Source: Methylomonas sp. (GTDB lineage Bacteria; Pseudomonadota; Gammaproteobacteria; Methylococcales; Methylomonadaceae). Taken from it: a stretch of DNA of 64,000 nucleotides. The position numbers and the translations under genes are program-made. The stretch is taken from the NCBI GenBank assembly GCA_050015235.1, contig JBEKBU010000001.1:1064-65063 (forward strand), read 5' to 3'. This document shows positions 20,485-32,584 of the stretch, piece by piece. A model generated the notes under the pieces. The model saw nothing but the letters and a program-made list of their open reading frames with translations. It ran no database searches and was not told the DNA's origin. How positions within the stretch are numbered: position 1 is the stretch's first letter; the number at the start of each line of letters is the position of its first letter.

Positions 20485-22155
20485 TTAGCGCTCGGTTTTC
20501 AGGTCTTGGACAAGATCGGCTATGACGCAGGACCAACCGCCTGTCTCGCTTTGCCTGAAAAGTTTCGCCGTAGGGTACCAAGGGCTGTCGGCTCTATCCA
20601 ACAGCCAACGGTAATCCGGCATCAACCCCAATAATATCCAAACCGGCTTGCCCATTGCGCCGGCAAGGTGGGCGACGGAAGTGTCGACCGAAATAATATG
20701 ATCCATTTCATGCATCAGGGCGGCGGTATCCGAGAAATCCTCCAATTCTCGGCCGTGGATGCGCAGTTGTGGAAAATGCCGTAACTCATCGGCTTCATCC
20801 GGCCGAATTTCTTTTTGCAGGGCATGAAATTCAAACGGTAAGGACAGCAGCGGCGCTAGGAACTTGAAGGGCATGCTGCGATCGTGATCGTTTTTGTGCG
20901 CGCTGGAGCCGGACCAGACCAAGCCGATTCTGGGTTGGCTTTTCCCCCCCAGTCTTGCCTTCCAAACGCCCGCTTTTTCGCTGTCGGCATAGAGATATGG
21001 CGTTGCGGCGGGAATATCCGCCAGTGTTGTTCCGAAGGCCCGCGGGAAATTCATGACGGGGCAATGCAAGTCGAAAGCGGGCGACTTGTCGCCGGCTTTT
21101 AAGAGAGTAAAATCGCCTTTAAGCGTCGCTATCAAGGAAAAAAGCTCGGCTGGCGCTTCGATAATAACTTTGGCGCCCAGGGTTTCCAACAGCGGCGCAT
21201 ACCGGCAAAACTGGATAAAATCGCCCAAGCCTTGTTCCGGATAAATTAAGACCGTTTTACCGGCGACCGGTTCGCCTAACCAGCGCGGTTTTGAAAAATA
21301 GCGGGTTTGCGCCGCCGACGGCGACTTTCGCCACCGCCATTCGTAAAGCCTCCAGCCTTCCACAAAATCACCGGCCTGAAGTTTAAGAATCGCTTTATTC
21401 CAGATAGCGCTGGCATGATCGCCTTTTAATGCAATGGCGCGCTCGTAATTTGACATGGCGTCTTCCGGCCGCCCCATTTCTTGCAAGGTGTTGCCGATAT
21501 TATAATAGGCGTTGGCGTAATCCGGCTTGCAGGCAAGCGCCCGGTCGTAACTGGCGAGCGCCGCTTCATAGCGTTTAAGCTCGTGCAGCGCCAAACCGCG
21601 ATTATTATGGGCTTCTGGATAATTCGGCTGTAAGGCGAGCGCCTGCTCGTAACTGGCGAGCGCTTCTTCCTGCCGGCCCATATCTTTCAGTACGACGCCG
21701 CGATTATTATAGGCGCCCGCGAAATCCGGATCTAACGCGACCATGCGGTCAAACGATTCGACGGCTTCGTCCAAACGCTGAAGTTCGATCAAGACGTTGC
21801 CGCGGTAATAATGAGCTTTGATATAGCCGGGATTTGCGGCTATGGCTTTATCATAAACCGCCAGCGCTTCATCCAGTCGCTTTAATAAGATCAAAGCCGT
21901 ACCGTAATCGGAGATGGCGTCCGGTTGATTCGGTTGAATTTTCAAAGACCGTTTCAAAAGCGCCGCGCCTTGATCGTAATTGCCGAGCCGCAGTTCGATC
22001 GTACCGAGAGTAGTCAATAATTGAAAATCCTTAGGGAAGGCTTTTAATAAGTTTTTGAATAGCGCCGCCGCTTCCGCCAGGCGTCCCGATTGATACGTTA
22101 AAAACGCCTGTTGTAAAAGAGCTTCTTTGTTTACAAAAACACTTTTGGATTTCAT
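20485..22155 (-). CDS. TPR-repeat protein with C-terminal GT9-like glycosyltransferase domain
   Basis: Multiple TPRs (AYNNRG...), EQGLGDFIQFCRY, GLVWSG, DFSDTAAL, ISVDTSVAHLAGAMG. Confidence 0.9.
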   Translation of the reverse strand: MKSKSVFVNKEALLQQAFLTYQSGRLAEAAALFKNLLKAFPKDFQLLTTLGTIELRLGNYDQGAALLKRSLKIQPNQPDAISDYGTALILLKRLDEALAVYDKAIAANPGYIKAHYYRGNVLIELQRLDEAVESFDRMVALDPDFAGAYNNRGVVLKDMGRQEEALASYEQALALQPNYPEAHNNRGLALHELKRYEAALASYDRALACKPDYANAYYNIGNTLQEMGRPEDAMSNYERAIALKGDHASAIWNKAILKLQAGDFVEGWRLYEWRWRKSPSAAQTRYFSKPRWLGEPVAGKTVLIYPEQGLGDFIQFCRYAPLLETLGAKVIIEAPAELFSLIATLKGDFTLLKAGDKSPAFDLHCPVMNFPRAFGTTLADIPAATPYLYADSEKAGVWKARLGGKSQPRIGLVWSGSSAHKNDHDRSMPFKFLAPLLSLPFEFHALQKEIRPDEADELRHFPQLRIHGRELEDFSDTAALMHEMDHIISVDTSVAHLAGAMGKPVWILLGLMPDYRWLLDRADSPWYPTAKLFRQSETGGWSCVIADLVQDLKTER

Positions 22156-22201
22156 ACGCTAAATTATCCGGTTTTAAGGTTTCGCTTGGACAGTGGCCTG
22201 C

Positions 22202-23218
22202 TCACTCGTCCTCTGTACGAAAAAAATAATCGTTAATATGTTGACGAAAAATGGCGGGCTCTTGTTTCAAGCGTGATCGATAGTCGTTTAAGGCGGCGGA
22301 ATGCTCGGCGAAGTTGTCAAAAATGTCTTGGGTTAACGCCTTGAAAAGCGGGCCGAAATCGGGGCCGGCGCTGTCGAGTTTATAACGGGCCGGGATAGGC
22401 AAATCGTACGGATTGCCCGCCGAGCCATGATTGCCCGTGATCAGACAACAGCCTTGCATCGCCGCTTCCCGCGGCATCCGCTCGCGGCCGGGATGATGTC
22501 CGAAATCGATATATAGCTTGGCGGAATAGAATTTCTCGGACAATTGTTCACGATTAAATCCTCTGAGAGGTTCAAATTGAAATTGCGGATGGTCCCGTAT
22601 CAATTTGGCGGTTATTTTTTTGCCTTTGGTCGGATTATACAATATGACGTTTTGTCTTGGCCCTGAGTCGAGCAAATCCCTGTCGGTCAAAAAGTCTTCA
22701 TTGATGGGTTCAAATAATGGAACGGGCTCGATGCCGCAAGACTTTAGATAGCTTGATGCATGCTGGGATTGCGAGAAGTGTATCAGCTTGCTCAAGGATT
22801 TAACGCCATTCCAGGGACGACGGCCCTTAAGAACGCCTTTTAGATAACGGAATTTGTCATATAACGGCCACGTGTGCCGGCGTTCCAGGAAATTGTCCAG
22901 AGATAACCACCACAGAGCGGCTTGAGCGTATTTCACCTTCATGGCTAAATGCGGGCTGACTTCCGGAAATATAATCAAATTTCCGGGGCTGTCTTCGTAA
23001 CCGGACGCCGGGCTCACATATCTTTTATAAGCTTCGGGAGCGATTGCCGGCCGATTAAACGGCAAATAACACATAAATGCGTTCAGGCCAACTCTGTTCA
23101 ATTGATCGGCCAGATGATGCAGCGCTTCGGGGCCGCCTGACATGGCGTGGGCGGGGCAGACGATCAGGATTTTTTTATATTTGGGCGGCGATGGATAGGC
23201 CGGCGTCGAATTTTGCAT
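22202..23218 (-). CDS. Putative GT-B glycosyltransferase
   Basis: SGGPEALHHL N-terminus; ILYNPTKG, KLYIDFGHHPGRERMPREAA. Confidence 0.65.
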   Translation of the reverse strand: MQNSTPAYPSPPKYKKILIVCPAHAMSGGPEALHHLADQLNRVGLNAFMCYLPFNRPAIAPEAYKRYVSPASGYEDSPGNLIIFPEVSPHLAMKVKYAQAALWWLSLDNFLERRHTWPLYDKFRYLKGVLKGRRPWNGVKSLSKLIHFSQSQHASSYLKSCGIEPVPLFEPINEDFLTDRDLLDSGPRQNVILYNPTKGKKITAKLIRDHPQFQFEPLRGFNREQLSEKFYSAKLYIDFGHHPGRERMPREAAMQGCCLITGNHGSAGNPYDLPIPARYKLDSAGPDFGPLFKALTQDIFDNFAEHSAALNDYRSRLKQEPAIFRQHINDYFFRTEDE

Positions 23219-23398
23219 GCTGACTATTTAACGAAGTTATCAATTCTTGTCATTTTATCAATGCCGCTGGCGCTTAATAGGATAACTGACGATAATAAAC
23301 GGTTAGGCTTTTTTGAGACCCCTGATTAAACACCGTTTTTATTGTACCTTGAATGATGTTTTACTATCTTTACATTTGTTATTCAACCGATACTCCGC

Positions 23399-24475
23399 AT
23401 GAATTTACCCAAAAAAATACTGATAGCCTATGACGAATTTCCGCCCATCGCCTATGATCTTGCCGAGGCGTTTCTACGCTTAGGCGTCGAAACCCGGCTG
23501 TTTTTAGCCTGTCGACACGAGCATTGGTTTTATAAACACGTCATCAGGCGGGTTAATAAGCAGGCGCGTAATCTGCGATTGGTGAAAAAAGGCCGCGATT
23601 TATTTGCAAATCATCCTTTGAATCGGCTGCGCTATTTGACCAGCCACTATCAAGAAATGCTTGATAAGTTTCAGCCGGATTTTGTGTTCTTCATCCATGG
23701 GCAACCGTTCGGTAATCCGGTTTTATCGCAAATCGCCGTACCTAAAGTCGCATGGTGGATAGAACCGGACACAGACCTCGACGCTTTGCGCCAGTATGCG
23801 GCGCCTTTCGACATTTATCTGTCGTTCAACACAAAAGCCAAGGCGCTATTGGAAGCCGTGGGCTTTAAAACAGGCTTTTTAAACCATGCCGCGGCGCCGA
23901 GCCGGTTTTATCCGCTAACGGATAGGAGGCAAACCTATGACGCCGTATTTGTCGGAAACTGGAGCCCTTGGCGGGAAGAGGTCATCAGCCGATTATTGAC
24001 GGTCACCAAAAACGTTGCGCTGTACGGACCTTACTGGAAGAAAAAAAGCAAGCTGGCGAATGCCGATCTGGCCCGGATTTACAAAGGCAAACACATTGAA
24101 GGCGATGAACTGAATCGATTGTTAAACTCCGCCAAAATAGTCCTGAATGCGCAAAGATTCCGGGATAGCAGCGGCCTTAATATGCGCTTTTTTGAAGTAT
24201 TGGCGGCGCAAGCATGCTTTTTAACCGACGCCGCGCCCGAACTGGAGCATTGCTTTATACCCGGCGAACATTTGTGCGTCTATCGCGACCTGGAGGAGTT
24301 GCGCCAACAAGTGACCATGCTGTTGGCCGATCAGGATATGCGCGGCAAAATCGGACTAGCCGGTTACCGGTATGTTTTGGAAAATCACACTTATGAGCAT
24401 AGGGCGCGGACTTTGTTGGCGCTTTTTGATGCGTTACAAACGGAAAAAGCCGCGCCAACGCTTCATCTAGTTTGA
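23399..24475 (+). CDS. CgeB-family glycosyltransferase (Glyco_trans_1_2)
   Basis: [32 protein letters not shown]. Confidence 0.85.
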   Translation: MNLPKKILIAYDEFPPIAYDLAEAFLRLGVETRLFLACRHEHWFYKHVIRRVNKQARNLRLVKKGRDLFANHPLNRLRYLTSHYQEMLDKFQPDFVFFIHGQPFGNPVLSQIAVPKVAWWIEPDTDLDALRQYAAPFDIYLSFNTKAKALLEAVGFKTGFLNHAAAPSRFYPLTDRRQTYDAVFVGNWSPWREEVISRLLTVTKNVALYGPYWKKKSKLANADLARIYKGKHIEGDELNRLLNSAKIVLNAQRFRDSSGLNMRFFEVLAAQACFLTDAAPELEHCFIPGEHLCVYRDLEELRQQVTMLLADQDMRGKIGLAGYRYVLENHTYEHRARTLLALFDALQTEKAAPTLHLV

Positions 24476-25548
24476 TGGCCGTACTGTTCTATCAAGGGGG
24501 CGATAGACGTTAAAGGCAGCTCTTGCTGGGCGGCGCCCAGTTTTACGGCTTCCTTAGGCATGCCGTAGACCACGCAGGTGTTTTCATCCTGCGCCGCGGT
24601 GCGGGCGCCGGCCAGATGCATTTCTTTCAAGCCGCGGGCGCCGTCGTCGCCCATGCCGGTCATGATGATGCCCAGCGCGTTTTTGCCCGCCCATTTCGCC
24701 ACGGAGCGGAACAATACGTCGACCGAGGGCCGGTGGCGGTTGACCAAGGGGCCGTCTTGCACATCCACCACGTATTGCGCGCCGTTGCGCCTGAGGCTCA
24801 TATGCTTGCCGCCGGGAGCGATCAGCGCCCGGCCGGGTATGACCCGGTCGCCGGTCTCGGCTTCCTTGACTTCGATTTCGCACAAGTTGTTCAAGCGCGC
24901 CGAAAAGGCGCCGGTAAATTTTTCCGGCATGTGCTGAACGATGACGATGCCGGGACAGACTTTGGATAAGCCGGTCAGCACCACTTCCAGCGCCTGGGTG
25001 CCGCCGGTGGAGGTGCCGATGGCGACCAACCGGTCGGTGGTCAGCGCCAAGGATGGCGCCGCCGGTTCGGAGGTTTGCTGGGTTTTAACATGCCTGGCGC
25101 CCTGCGCAACCGCTACCGACACCGCCTTCATGCGCCGCATATCGGTCTGCGCCGCCGCTTTAACGGCATGCAGAATATCGCCGCCCTCGTCCTCCAGAAA
25201 ACTTTTCAGCCCGGCCTTAGGTTTGGCGACTATGCCCACGGCGCCGGCGGACAAAGCCTGTAACGTGGTTTCCGCGCCTTTTTCCGTCAATGTGGAGCAG
25301 ATCACCACCGGCGTCGGATGCACCGACATGATTTTTTTCAGAAAGGTGATGCCGTCCATACGCGGCATTTCCACATCCAGCACCACCACGTCCGGCCAGT
25401 CCTGATTCATTCTCGCCATGGCGAAAATCGGGTCGCTGACCGAACCGATGACTTCAATATCGCCGGCTTGATTCAAGACTTGCGTCAATACCTGGCGAAC
25501 CACGGCGGAATCGTCGACAATCAATACCCTGATTTTTCTTTCGAGCAT
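24463..25548 (-). CDS. cheB: Chemotaxis methylesterase
   Basis: REC plus [29 protein letters not shown]. Confidence 0.97.
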   Translation of the reverse strand: MLERKIRVLIVDDSAVVRQVLTQVLNQAGDIEVIGSVSDPIFAMARMNQDWPDVVVLDVEMPRMDGITFLKKIMSVHPTPVVICSTLTEKGAETTLQALSAGAVGIVAKPKAGLKSFLEDEGGDILHAVKAAAQTDMRRMKAVSVAVAQGARHVKTQQTSEPAAPSLALTTDRLVAIGTSTGGTQALEVVLTGLSKVCPGIVIVQHMPEKFTGAFSARLNNLCEIEVKEAETGDRVIPGRALIAPGGKHMSLRRNGAQYVVDVQDGPLVNRHRPSVDVLFRSVAKWAGKNALGIIMTGMGDDGARGLKEMHLAGARTAAQDENTCVVYGMPKEAVKLGAAQQELPLTSIAPLIEQYGHQTR

Positions 25549-25648
25549 AACGCCCCCCCTACCTTGCTAAACCATAAATCTCCCTTAAGTTCCGGCGCCG
25601 CCACCCTGCCTAAGGGTAAGCCTGAATAGCCCGTACTTAAGAGCCCTT

Positions 25649-26137
25649 CTAATTTTTTTCGCAATGTTTCATCCACACATGACCGTTACAGATATCGAAA
25701 ATCACATTCCGATGCCCGGCGCCGCCCAGATGCGTGCATTTGATCGTGAAACCGTAATCTTTCAGCAAGGCTAGCCCGGCCACAATGTTATTGTCGGAAA
25801 TACTCAGCCGTTCCGGCGCGGCGCGCTCCGGAAACTGGTCGCCGCCGCCGAACATCTTCACTTCATAATCGGCCGGGTTGGTGCCGGTTTTTTCCAGCTC
25901 GCGCATAAACATCAACATGGCGTCATCGGCATAGCGGCCGTCCAAGTCATTACCCGCACCGCCGCGCTTGTTCTCCGGCAGCATGTAATGGCACATGCCG
26001 CCTATCAGCAGTAGCGGATGCCAAAGGGTAATCGAGACGCACGAACCGAGTAGCGTGCGGATGCGCGTTTCCCGATCGCCGAAATACAATTCGCCGGGCT
26101 GCAGAAATATATCGATGGAATAATGACGATGCGTCAT
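25649..26137 (-). CDS. cheD: Chemoreceptor glutamine deamidase
   Basis: TLLGSCVSITLWHP, GGMCHYMLP, KMFGG. Confidence 0.93.
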   Translation of the reverse strand: MTHRHYSIDIFLQPGELYFGDRETRIRTLLGSCVSITLWHPLLLIGGMCHYMLPENKRGGAGNDLDGRYADDAMLMFMRELEKTGTNPADYEVKMFGGGDQFPERAAPERLSISDNNIVAGLALLKDYGFTIKCTHLGGAGHRNVIFDICNGHVWMKHCEKN

Positions 26138-26985
26138 GATTTACCGATGTCAGACGGCGTTTTTTTTCGGTACACCGACGGTATGATCAATTGCAGATCG
26201 GTCTTAAAACCGTTTAAGGATTCGGAATGGCTAATAATAAAATGGCCGCCGGGTCGCAAGCAGCGCAAAATCCGCTCCAACAATTTCTGTTTAGTCGGCG
26301 CATCGAAATAAATCATGACATTGCGTAAAAAAATGACGTCGAAGCGGCCGAAATCGGGCAGAGCCGCCGTTAGATTCGCGTAGGCGAATTGTACTTTTTT
26401 ACGCAAGGCCGGATCGACCAGCAAAAAGCCGTCATAGCCGCCGGAGCCTTTCAGGCAATATTTTTTTAAAAAATTTGCCGGAATCTTGTCGGCGGCGCCG
26501 GCCTGATACAAGCCGGCGCGGGCTTTTTCCAGCATCCGCGACGAAATATCCGTACCCAGAATTTCCCATTGCGGCAAGCGCCCATAATGGTCTATCAGCA
26601 TGGCCAACGTATAGGCTTCTTCTCCGCTCGAACTGGCGGCGCTCCAGACCCGGAACGGCTGAGCGGGCGCTTGCGCCGGCAAAATTTTCTCGACGAAAAA
26701 ATCGAAATGCTTGCTTTCCCGAAAAAAATACGTTTCGTTCGTGGTCAGCAAATCGATGGCTATCGTGGTTTCCTGTTCGTAGCCCGGCCGGCCCAGCAAA
26801 GCGAAATATTCGCCGTAGCTGCTTAATTGTAAATGGCGCAGGCGTTTCTCCAGCCGCCCCATCACCATCGGCCGCTTGGAGTCGTTTAAAACGATGCCGG
26901 CTTGCTTGTATAAATAGTCTTTGATCCAGTCAAATTCATGTTTCTGGAGTGACGGGGCGACAATCAAGGGCGTGGAAACCGGCAT
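26134..26985 (-). CDS. cheR: Chemotaxis methyltransferase
   Basis: TTNETYFFRE, WSAASSSGEEAY, IFLRNVMIYF. Confidence 0.96.
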   Translation of the reverse strand: MPVSTPLIVAPSLQKHEFDWIKDYLYKQAGIVLNDSKRPMVMGRLEKRLRHLQLSSYGEYFALLGRPGYEQETTIAIDLLTTNETYFFRESKHFDFFVEKILPAQAPAQPFRVWSAASSSGEEAYTLAMLIDHYGRLPQWEILGTDISSRMLEKARAGLYQAGAADKIPANFLKKYCLKGSGGYDGFLLVDPALRKKVQFAYANLTAALPDFGRFDVIFLRNVMIYFDAPTKQKLLERILRCLRPGGHFIISHSESLNGFKTDLQLIIPSVYRKKTPSDIGKS

Positions 26986-27057
26986 AATTCGATAAAGTTA
27001 AGCAGCATGGGATTGTAAGGGATGAACGGCGGCCGGCTGGCCTAAATCGGCCATTTC

Positions 27058-27567
27058 TTACACCGATAATACCTGGTTGACATTCAATAGAATAATAAAG
27101 CCGTTGCCGGTTTTCGCCATGCCGCTGATAAAATCCGGACGGATGCGGGCGCCGAAGGCGGGGGGCGGCTCAATTTCGCCGCCTTGTATGTCGATCACTT
27201 CGTTGACGGCGTCGACGATGACGCCGATATCCTGGCGGACTTCAGACTCGTCGCCGCCGACGCTCACGGTTTCGACGATAACGATGCAGGTGCGCTTCAG
27301 GATCTGGGTGGCCCCTTTACCGAAACGCGCCGACAAATCGATTACCGGCACCACGCTACCGCGCAAATTGATGACGCCGCTGACAAACGGCGGCATCATC
27401 GGCACCTTGGTCAAATCGCCGAAATCGATGATTTCCTTTATATTTAGAATACCGATCGCAAATAACTCGCCGTTTAACACAAAGGTTAAATATTGGCCGC
27501 TAGCCGCCGCGTTAATGACGGCCGGCGCCTGGATCCGGCGTTCGCCGGCTGGGATAAGTTCGCCCAT
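27058..27567 (-). CDS. cheW: Chemotaxis coupling protein
   Basis: QYLTF, GVINLRGSVVPVIDL, GVIVDAVNEV. Confidence 0.96.
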   Translation of the reverse strand: MGELIPAGERRIQAPAVINAAASGQYLTFVLNGELFAIGILNIKEIIDFGDLTKVPMMPPFVSGVINLRGSVVPVIDLSARFGKGATQILKRTCIVIVETVSVGGDESEVRQDIGVIVDAVNEVIDIQGGEIEPPPAFGARIRPDFISGMAKTGNGFIILLNVNQVLSV

Positions 27568-27579
27568 GGTAAAAACTCC

Positions 27580-29967
27580 TTAATAGCGTTCAAACTGGTT
27601 GAGGTCAAACTCCGCCTCGCTACGCCGAGGTTGCGGAGGTTTATTGACAATACGCGGCGCCGGTCTTGGATACGCCCGACGCGCCCGCGGTTCTAAATCG
27701 ATCGCCGCCTGCCGGCCGTCAAGCGTAAAAAAGCGCATCAAACTTTGTAATTGTTCGGCTTGACCGGTCATTTCCTCGGCGGTGGCCGCCAGTTGTTCGC
27801 TGGCGGATGCGTTTTGCTGGGTGATCTGGCTCATCTGGTTCATGGCGGTATTAATCTGGCTGACGCCGGAAGATTGCTCCTGCGAGGCGGCGGCGATTTC
27901 CTGCACCAGATCGGAAGTTCTCGAAATGCTGGGTACGATTTCATCCAGCAATTTTCCGGCGCTTTCGGCGGTATGTACGCTGTTGGACGCCAGTGCGCCG
28001 ATTTCTTGCGCCGCGATCTGGCTGCGTTCCGCCAGTTTGCGTACTTCAGCCGCCACGACGGCGAAACCCTTGCCGTGATCGCCCGCCCGCGCCGCTTCGA
28101 TGGCGGCGTTCAGCGCCAGCATATTGGTTTGATAAGCGATGTCGTCGATAATGCCGATTTTACCGGCAATGGCTTTCATGGCCTCCACGGTATGCTGCAC
28201 GGCCAGGCCGCCCTCCACGGCTTCCTTGTTGGCCTTGCCGGCCATGCCGTCCGTAACTTTGGCGTTTTCGGCGTTCTGGCCGATACTGGCCGCCATCTGT
28301 TCGATACTGGCGCTGGTTGCATCGACGCTGGCGGCCTGCTGGCTGGCCGATTGCGACAGAGATTGCGAAGTCGAGCTGATTTGCTCGGCGGCGTTCAATA
28401 ATCCGCCCGTTGCGTTCGAAACGTCGCCGACTATGCGGGACAGGGCCGCCACGGTATTGTTGACGCCTTCGCGGGTTTCGCCGAACAAACCGGAGTAGTC
28501 GTTATTGATGGTGCTGGTTAAATCGCCTTGCGCCAAAGCTTGCGCGACCCGGCTGATGTCCTGCAAACCCGATTCGACCGTGGCGACCAGATTATTCAGC
28601 AATTCCACGGTATGCAGATCGCTGCCGCGCTTGTTTTGCGTGCTGAGCCGGCTGCTGAAATCGCCGTTTACCGCCCGTTCCACCAGCATCTGAATTTCGG
28701 CGATATTGCCGCTAAGCCTGGTTTGCATGCCTTTCAGGCCTTGCAATACCCGGCTGACTTCATCGTCGCCTTCGGCGCTGATCGGGGTGTTCAAATCGCC
28801 GTTGGAAATATTATCGAACACTTCAATCGCTTGCGTTAAAGGCCGGGTAATGGAGCGGGCGATGACGACCCCCAGCCAGACCAGCACGCCGACCAAGCCG
28901 GCCAGCGTCAATAAGCTTAACGCAAACATGTTCTGCTCGCTGACCACCGAATCTTCATAAAATCCTTCGGCGATTTTTAATTGCAGTTCGATCAGCTCGG
29001 AAATTTTGCCGCTGATCGGATCGATGGTTTTATACAACGGGCCGTCGAAGTCGCCTAACTGGCCTTTCAGGATACCGTTGAGCCCCTGTAGTTTCAGTTC
29101 CAGCCTTTGCACGTCGTCGTTGGCGGCCTTGAACAGATCCACAGCCTCTTTGCTCAACTCGATTTCCTTGGGCGTCAAGGAAGAGGCTTGATAAGCGTTC
29201 CACTCTTTTTCGATCTGCCTGTCGGCGTCCCGCAGATTCTTAAGCGCCTCCGGCGCGGTCAGCAAGCCGGCGTTGGTCTTATTGGCGGTGTCGATAATAT
29301 TGACGGCGTACATGTCGGCGATCACTTTCAAACTTTTCATCGGTTTGATGCTGTTCTCGTTGATCAGCTTGACGTTACCCATGATTTGCCGCTGCCCGTA
29401 AATGCTGATGCCGGTAAGAATCACAGCCACCAGCACGCCCAAGCCGACGATAGTCATTAGCCGGGCGCCGATTTTCATATTGTTTAACATGGTCTTTATA
29501 CTCCGAAACATGTTATTTTTAACTACCCGGCCCTGGCTTATCGCCAGACCTCGGGCGCGGCCTTCCCTGAACAGGCGGTAAGCGTTTTCGGCGGCCTCCG
29601 CCTGCTGGCGCTCCGGTTTACTTCGCACCGACAGATAACCGGCTATGCGCTTGCCGTCCAGTATCGGCGTGGCGTTAGCCAACACCCAGTAGTAATCGCC
29701 GTTCTTACAGCGGTTTTTGACCAGCCCCGACCAGGGCCGGCCGGCCTGAAGGCTGCGCCAAAAGTCGGCGAACGCTTCGGCCGGCATGTCCGGATGGCGC
29801 ACCATATTATGCGGCTGGCCGATCAACTCATCCTTGGAATAGCCGCTGACGCGGACAAATACGTCATTTACTTCGGTGATGTTGCCTTGCAAATCGGTTT
29901 TGCTGATAATAACTTCCTGTTCGGCGAACAAAGCTTCGGTTTGAGTGACGGGTTGATTATTTCTCAA
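27580..29967 (-). CDS. aer: Aer-like PAS methyl-accepting chemotaxis protein
   Basis: [40 protein letters not shown]; two TM segments with a periplasmic 4-helix domain; MCP signalling domain. Confidence 0.9.
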   Translation of the reverse strand: MRNNQPVTQTEALFAEQEVIISKTDLQGNITEVNDVFVRVSGYSKDELIGQPHNMVRHPDMPAEAFADFWRSLQAGRPWSGLVKNRCKNGDYYWVLANATPILDGKRIAGYLSVRSKPERQQAEAAENAYRLFREGRARGLAISQGRVVKNNMFRSIKTMLNNMKIGARLMTIVGLGVLVAVILTGISIYGQRQIMGNVKLINENSIKPMKSLKVIADMYAVNIIDTANKTNAGLLTAPEALKNLRDADRQIEKEWNAYQASSLTPKEIELSKEAVDLFKAANDDVQRLELKLQGLNGILKGQLGDFDGPLYKTIDPISGKISELIELQLKIAEGFYEDSVVSEQNMFALSLLTLAGLVGVLVWLGVVIARSITRPLTQAIEVFDNISNGDLNTPISAEGDDEVSRVLQGLKGMQTRLSGNIAEIQMLVERAVNGDFSSRLSTQNKRGSDLHTVELLNNLVATVESGLQDISRVAQALAQGDLTSTINNDYSGLFGETREGVNNTVAALSRIVGDVSNATGGLLNAAEQISSTSQSLSQSASQQAASVDATSASIEQMAASIGQNAENAKVTDGMAGKANKEAVEGGLAVQHTVEAMKAIAGKIGIIDDIAYQTNMLALNAAIEAARAGDHGKGFAVVAAEVRKLAERSQIAAQEIGALASNSVHTAESAGKLLDEIVPSISRTSDLVQEIAAASQEQSSGVSQINTAMNQMSQITQQNASASEQLAATAEEMTGQAEQLQSLMRFFTLDGRQAAIDLEPRARRAYPRPAPRIVNKPPQPRRSEAEFDLNQFERY

Positions 29968-29990
29968 GCAATTTCTCCCGATACATAGTT

Positions 29991-32195
29991 TTAAGCCGCA
30001 TGATTTTGCGGTTCATGGCGGAGCTTGGGCTGATCGACCGACGCCGCTTGCTGGCTATAAAACCCGACCAGATCCGGCACGTCGATAATCAGCGCGACTT
30101 CGCCGCTGCCGAGGATAGTCGAGCCGCCCACGCCGCGCACGTGGCTGAATAATTTGCCGAGCGGTTTGATGACGGTTTGAAATTCGCCCAGTAATTTATC
30201 CACCACCAGCCCGGTTTTAGCGCCGGCCACATCGACTATCACGACATTCAGCCGCTGCGCCTGTTCGCCATCGATGCCGAACAGGCTTTGCAAACGGATA
30301 AACGGCAGCACTTCGCCGCGCAAATCCATATATTCGCGGAGCCCGGTATCCGGCGGCAATTCCACGCATTCCACGACGCGGTCGAGCGGGATGACGAACG
30401 CCGATTTACCGACGCCGACCAGAAATCCGTCGATAATCGCCAAGGTAAGCGGCAGACGGATGCGGATGGTGGAGCCAAAACCAGGCTTGCTGTCGACTTC
30501 GATATCGCCGCGCAAATCCATGACGTTGCGTTTCACCACATCCATGCCGACGCCGCGTCCGGACAGATTGGATATGGCGGCGGCCGTCGAGAAACCCGGC
30601 TCGAAAACCAAGGCGTATATTTCCTGATCGCTGAGCTTGACGTCGGCGGCGATCAGATTTTTTTCCAGGGCTTTGGCCAATATCCTGTCTTTATCCAGTC
30701 CGCCGCCGTCGTCGCTGACTTCTATGACAATACTGCCGGAGTCGTGATAGGCGTTTAAATGCAGTTCGCCTTGCGCCGGTTTACCGCGTTGCTTGCGCAC
30801 TTCGATAGGCTCGATGCCGTGATCCATGGCGTTACGCACCAGATGCATCAGCGGGTCGCCGATTTTTTCGACCACGGATTTATCGACTTCGGTATCGGCG
30901 CCGGAAATTTTTAGCCGGATATCCTTACCCAATTCCTGACTGACATCCCGCACCACGCGCTGAAAGCGGCTAAAGGTCGTACCTATCGGCACCATGCGCA
31001 ATTGCAGGGTACTGTCGCGCACTTCCTCGACCAGACGCATCAATTCGCTGATCGCCTCCATCAAATGGGCGGCGCCGGTGTGCGCGGCTTTTAGATTGAC
31101 GCCGGCGCCGGAAATAACCAGTTCGCCGACTAAATCGATCAATTTATCCAGTCTTTCCGCGTCAACGCGGATACTCTGATTTTCGCGCGCTTTGTTATCC
31201 TTAATCTGTTTCTGCTTTTCCAGCGCGGCGTTAATCAGCGGCTGCGGCGCGGCTTGCTGTTCGACCAGAATCGCGCCTATGGGCTGGGCGGGAGGCGCCG
31301 CGTCATGCGTCCGTTTCTGGCTGTTCAGACCCTCTTCCAATTCGCGGCGGGTAATGCAGCCGCTTTCGATTAATAGTTCGCCCAGACGGCCGTCGTCTTC
31401 AGGCAGCGAACGGATCAACGCCAGGAACTCGTCAAGGGCGCCGCCGTGCGGCAGAATTTTAATAATGCTGTCTTCGCGCACGAATTCAAAGACATTTTCC
31501 AGCGCTTCCTTGCCGGCCGTGCTTTTAATATCGATTTCAAAGCCGAGATAACTGGTTTCGGCGTCCATATGCTCCGCTTCCGGTATACCGTCGGAGATGG
31601 TCGTGAGCCGGACGATTTCTCCCAGCGTGGACAGATAACTGATGAACGACAGCGGATCCATGCCGTTGCGCAGGGAATCGGAGCCGAAACGCAACGAAAT
31701 ATGCCAGTTACCGGTCTCGACAACGCCGCCGCCGAACGCTTCCAGTTTTGCCGCCCGTTCAGCCGGGGGCGCAACCGGTAAGGCGCCCGGCGCTTCAAGA
31801 AACGGCCGCAAGCCGTTCAACAATTGTTCGCCGTCCGCCGCCGTGGCCGGGTCGGACTCCAGATTGCCGGCGGCTACCGCCTGAATCAGCAGGGTAATAT
31901 AATCGCAACAGGGCAGTAATATCGCCACCAATTCGGAACTGACGCCGATTTTGCCTTCCCGCAACAAGTCCAGCACGCTTTCGACGACATGGGTAAATTT
32001 GACGATATGATCCAGCCCGAATAATCCGGACGAACCTTTAATCGTGTGTGCGGCCCGGAACAGGGTATTGATGCGTTCCGCCGTATCGCCGCCCTCTTCC
32101 AGGCTGAGCAGGCATTCCTCTATATCGTGTAAAAGCTCCAGGCTTTCGATGGTAAACGTTTTAAGCGCATCTTGCATTTCTTCGGCTATGCCCAT
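29991..32195 (-). CDS. cheA: Chemotaxis histidine kinase
   Basis: FRAAHTIKG (HPT), [27 protein letters not shown]-terminal CheW domain. Confidence 0.97.
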   Translation of the reverse strand: MGIAEEMQDALKTFTIESLELLHDIEECLLSLEEGGDTAERINTLFRAAHTIKGSSGLFGLDHIVKFTHVVESVLDLLREGKIGVSSELVAILLPCCDYITLLIQAVAAGNLESDPATAADGEQLLNGLRPFLEAPGALPVAPPAERAAKLEAFGGGVVETGNWHISLRFGSDSLRNGMDPLSFISYLSTLGEIVRLTTISDGIPEAEHMDAETSYLGFEIDIKSTAGKEALENVFEFVREDSIIKILPHGGALDEFLALIRSLPEDDGRLGELLIESGCITRRELEEGLNSQKRTHDAAPPAQPIGAILVEQQAAPQPLINAALEKQKQIKDNKARENQSIRVDAERLDKLIDLVGELVISGAGVNLKAAHTGAAHLMEAISELMRLVEEVRDSTLQLRMVPIGTTFSRFQRVVRDVSQELGKDIRLKISGADTEVDKSVVEKIGDPLMHLVRNAMDHGIEPIEVRKQRGKPAQGELHLNAYHDSGSIVIEVSDDGGGLDKDRILAKALEKNLIAADVKLSDQEIYALVFEPGFSTAAAISNLSGRGVGMDVVKRNVMDLRGDIEVDSKPGFGSTIRIRLPLTLAIIDGFLVGVGKSAFVIPLDRVVECVELPPDTGLREYMDLRGEVLPFIRLQSLFGIDGEQAQRLNVVIVDVAGAKTGLVVDKLLGEFQTVIKPLGKLFSHVRGVGGSTILGSGEVALIIDVPDLVGFYSQQAASVDQPKLRHEPQNHAA

Positions 32196-32200
32196 GACCT

Positions 32201-32494
32201 TTACCTCCCCTCGCCGGCTAGAATTAACTGATCGCCGAACGAATCGGCCAGATTGGTCAATTCCAAAATGTCGCGGACGGTTTTGCTGTGCATGACAAAA
32301 TTCAGGTTTTTACCCAGCCGCGCCGCTTCCTGTTTACATAAAATGAGCAATTGCAGACCGGCCGTATCCATTTCCTCGATCCGGGACAGGTTGATTTCCA
32401 ACTCATCGCCGTTGTCCAGAAAGCCGATTAGCTCCGGTTTTCGGGCAGCCGCCGTGAATATCGTCAGTTCATTTTCTATCGTTAAGGTTTGCAT
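32201..32494 (-). CDS. STAS-domain protein
   Basis: ELTIFTAA, INLSRIEEMDTAGLQLL. Confidence 0.9.
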   Translation of the reverse strand: MQTLTIENELTIFTAAARKPELIGFLDNGDELEINLSRIEEMDTAGLQLLILCKQEAARLGKNLNFVMHSKTVRDILELTNLADSFGDQLILAGEGR

Positions 32495-32584
32495 TGCTTA
32501 TTCTCATTCAATATTCAGCGGATTTAGCGGCTACCATACGGTGATCGCATGGTCGCCGCGCCTATGACATCCGTGTCGTTACCC

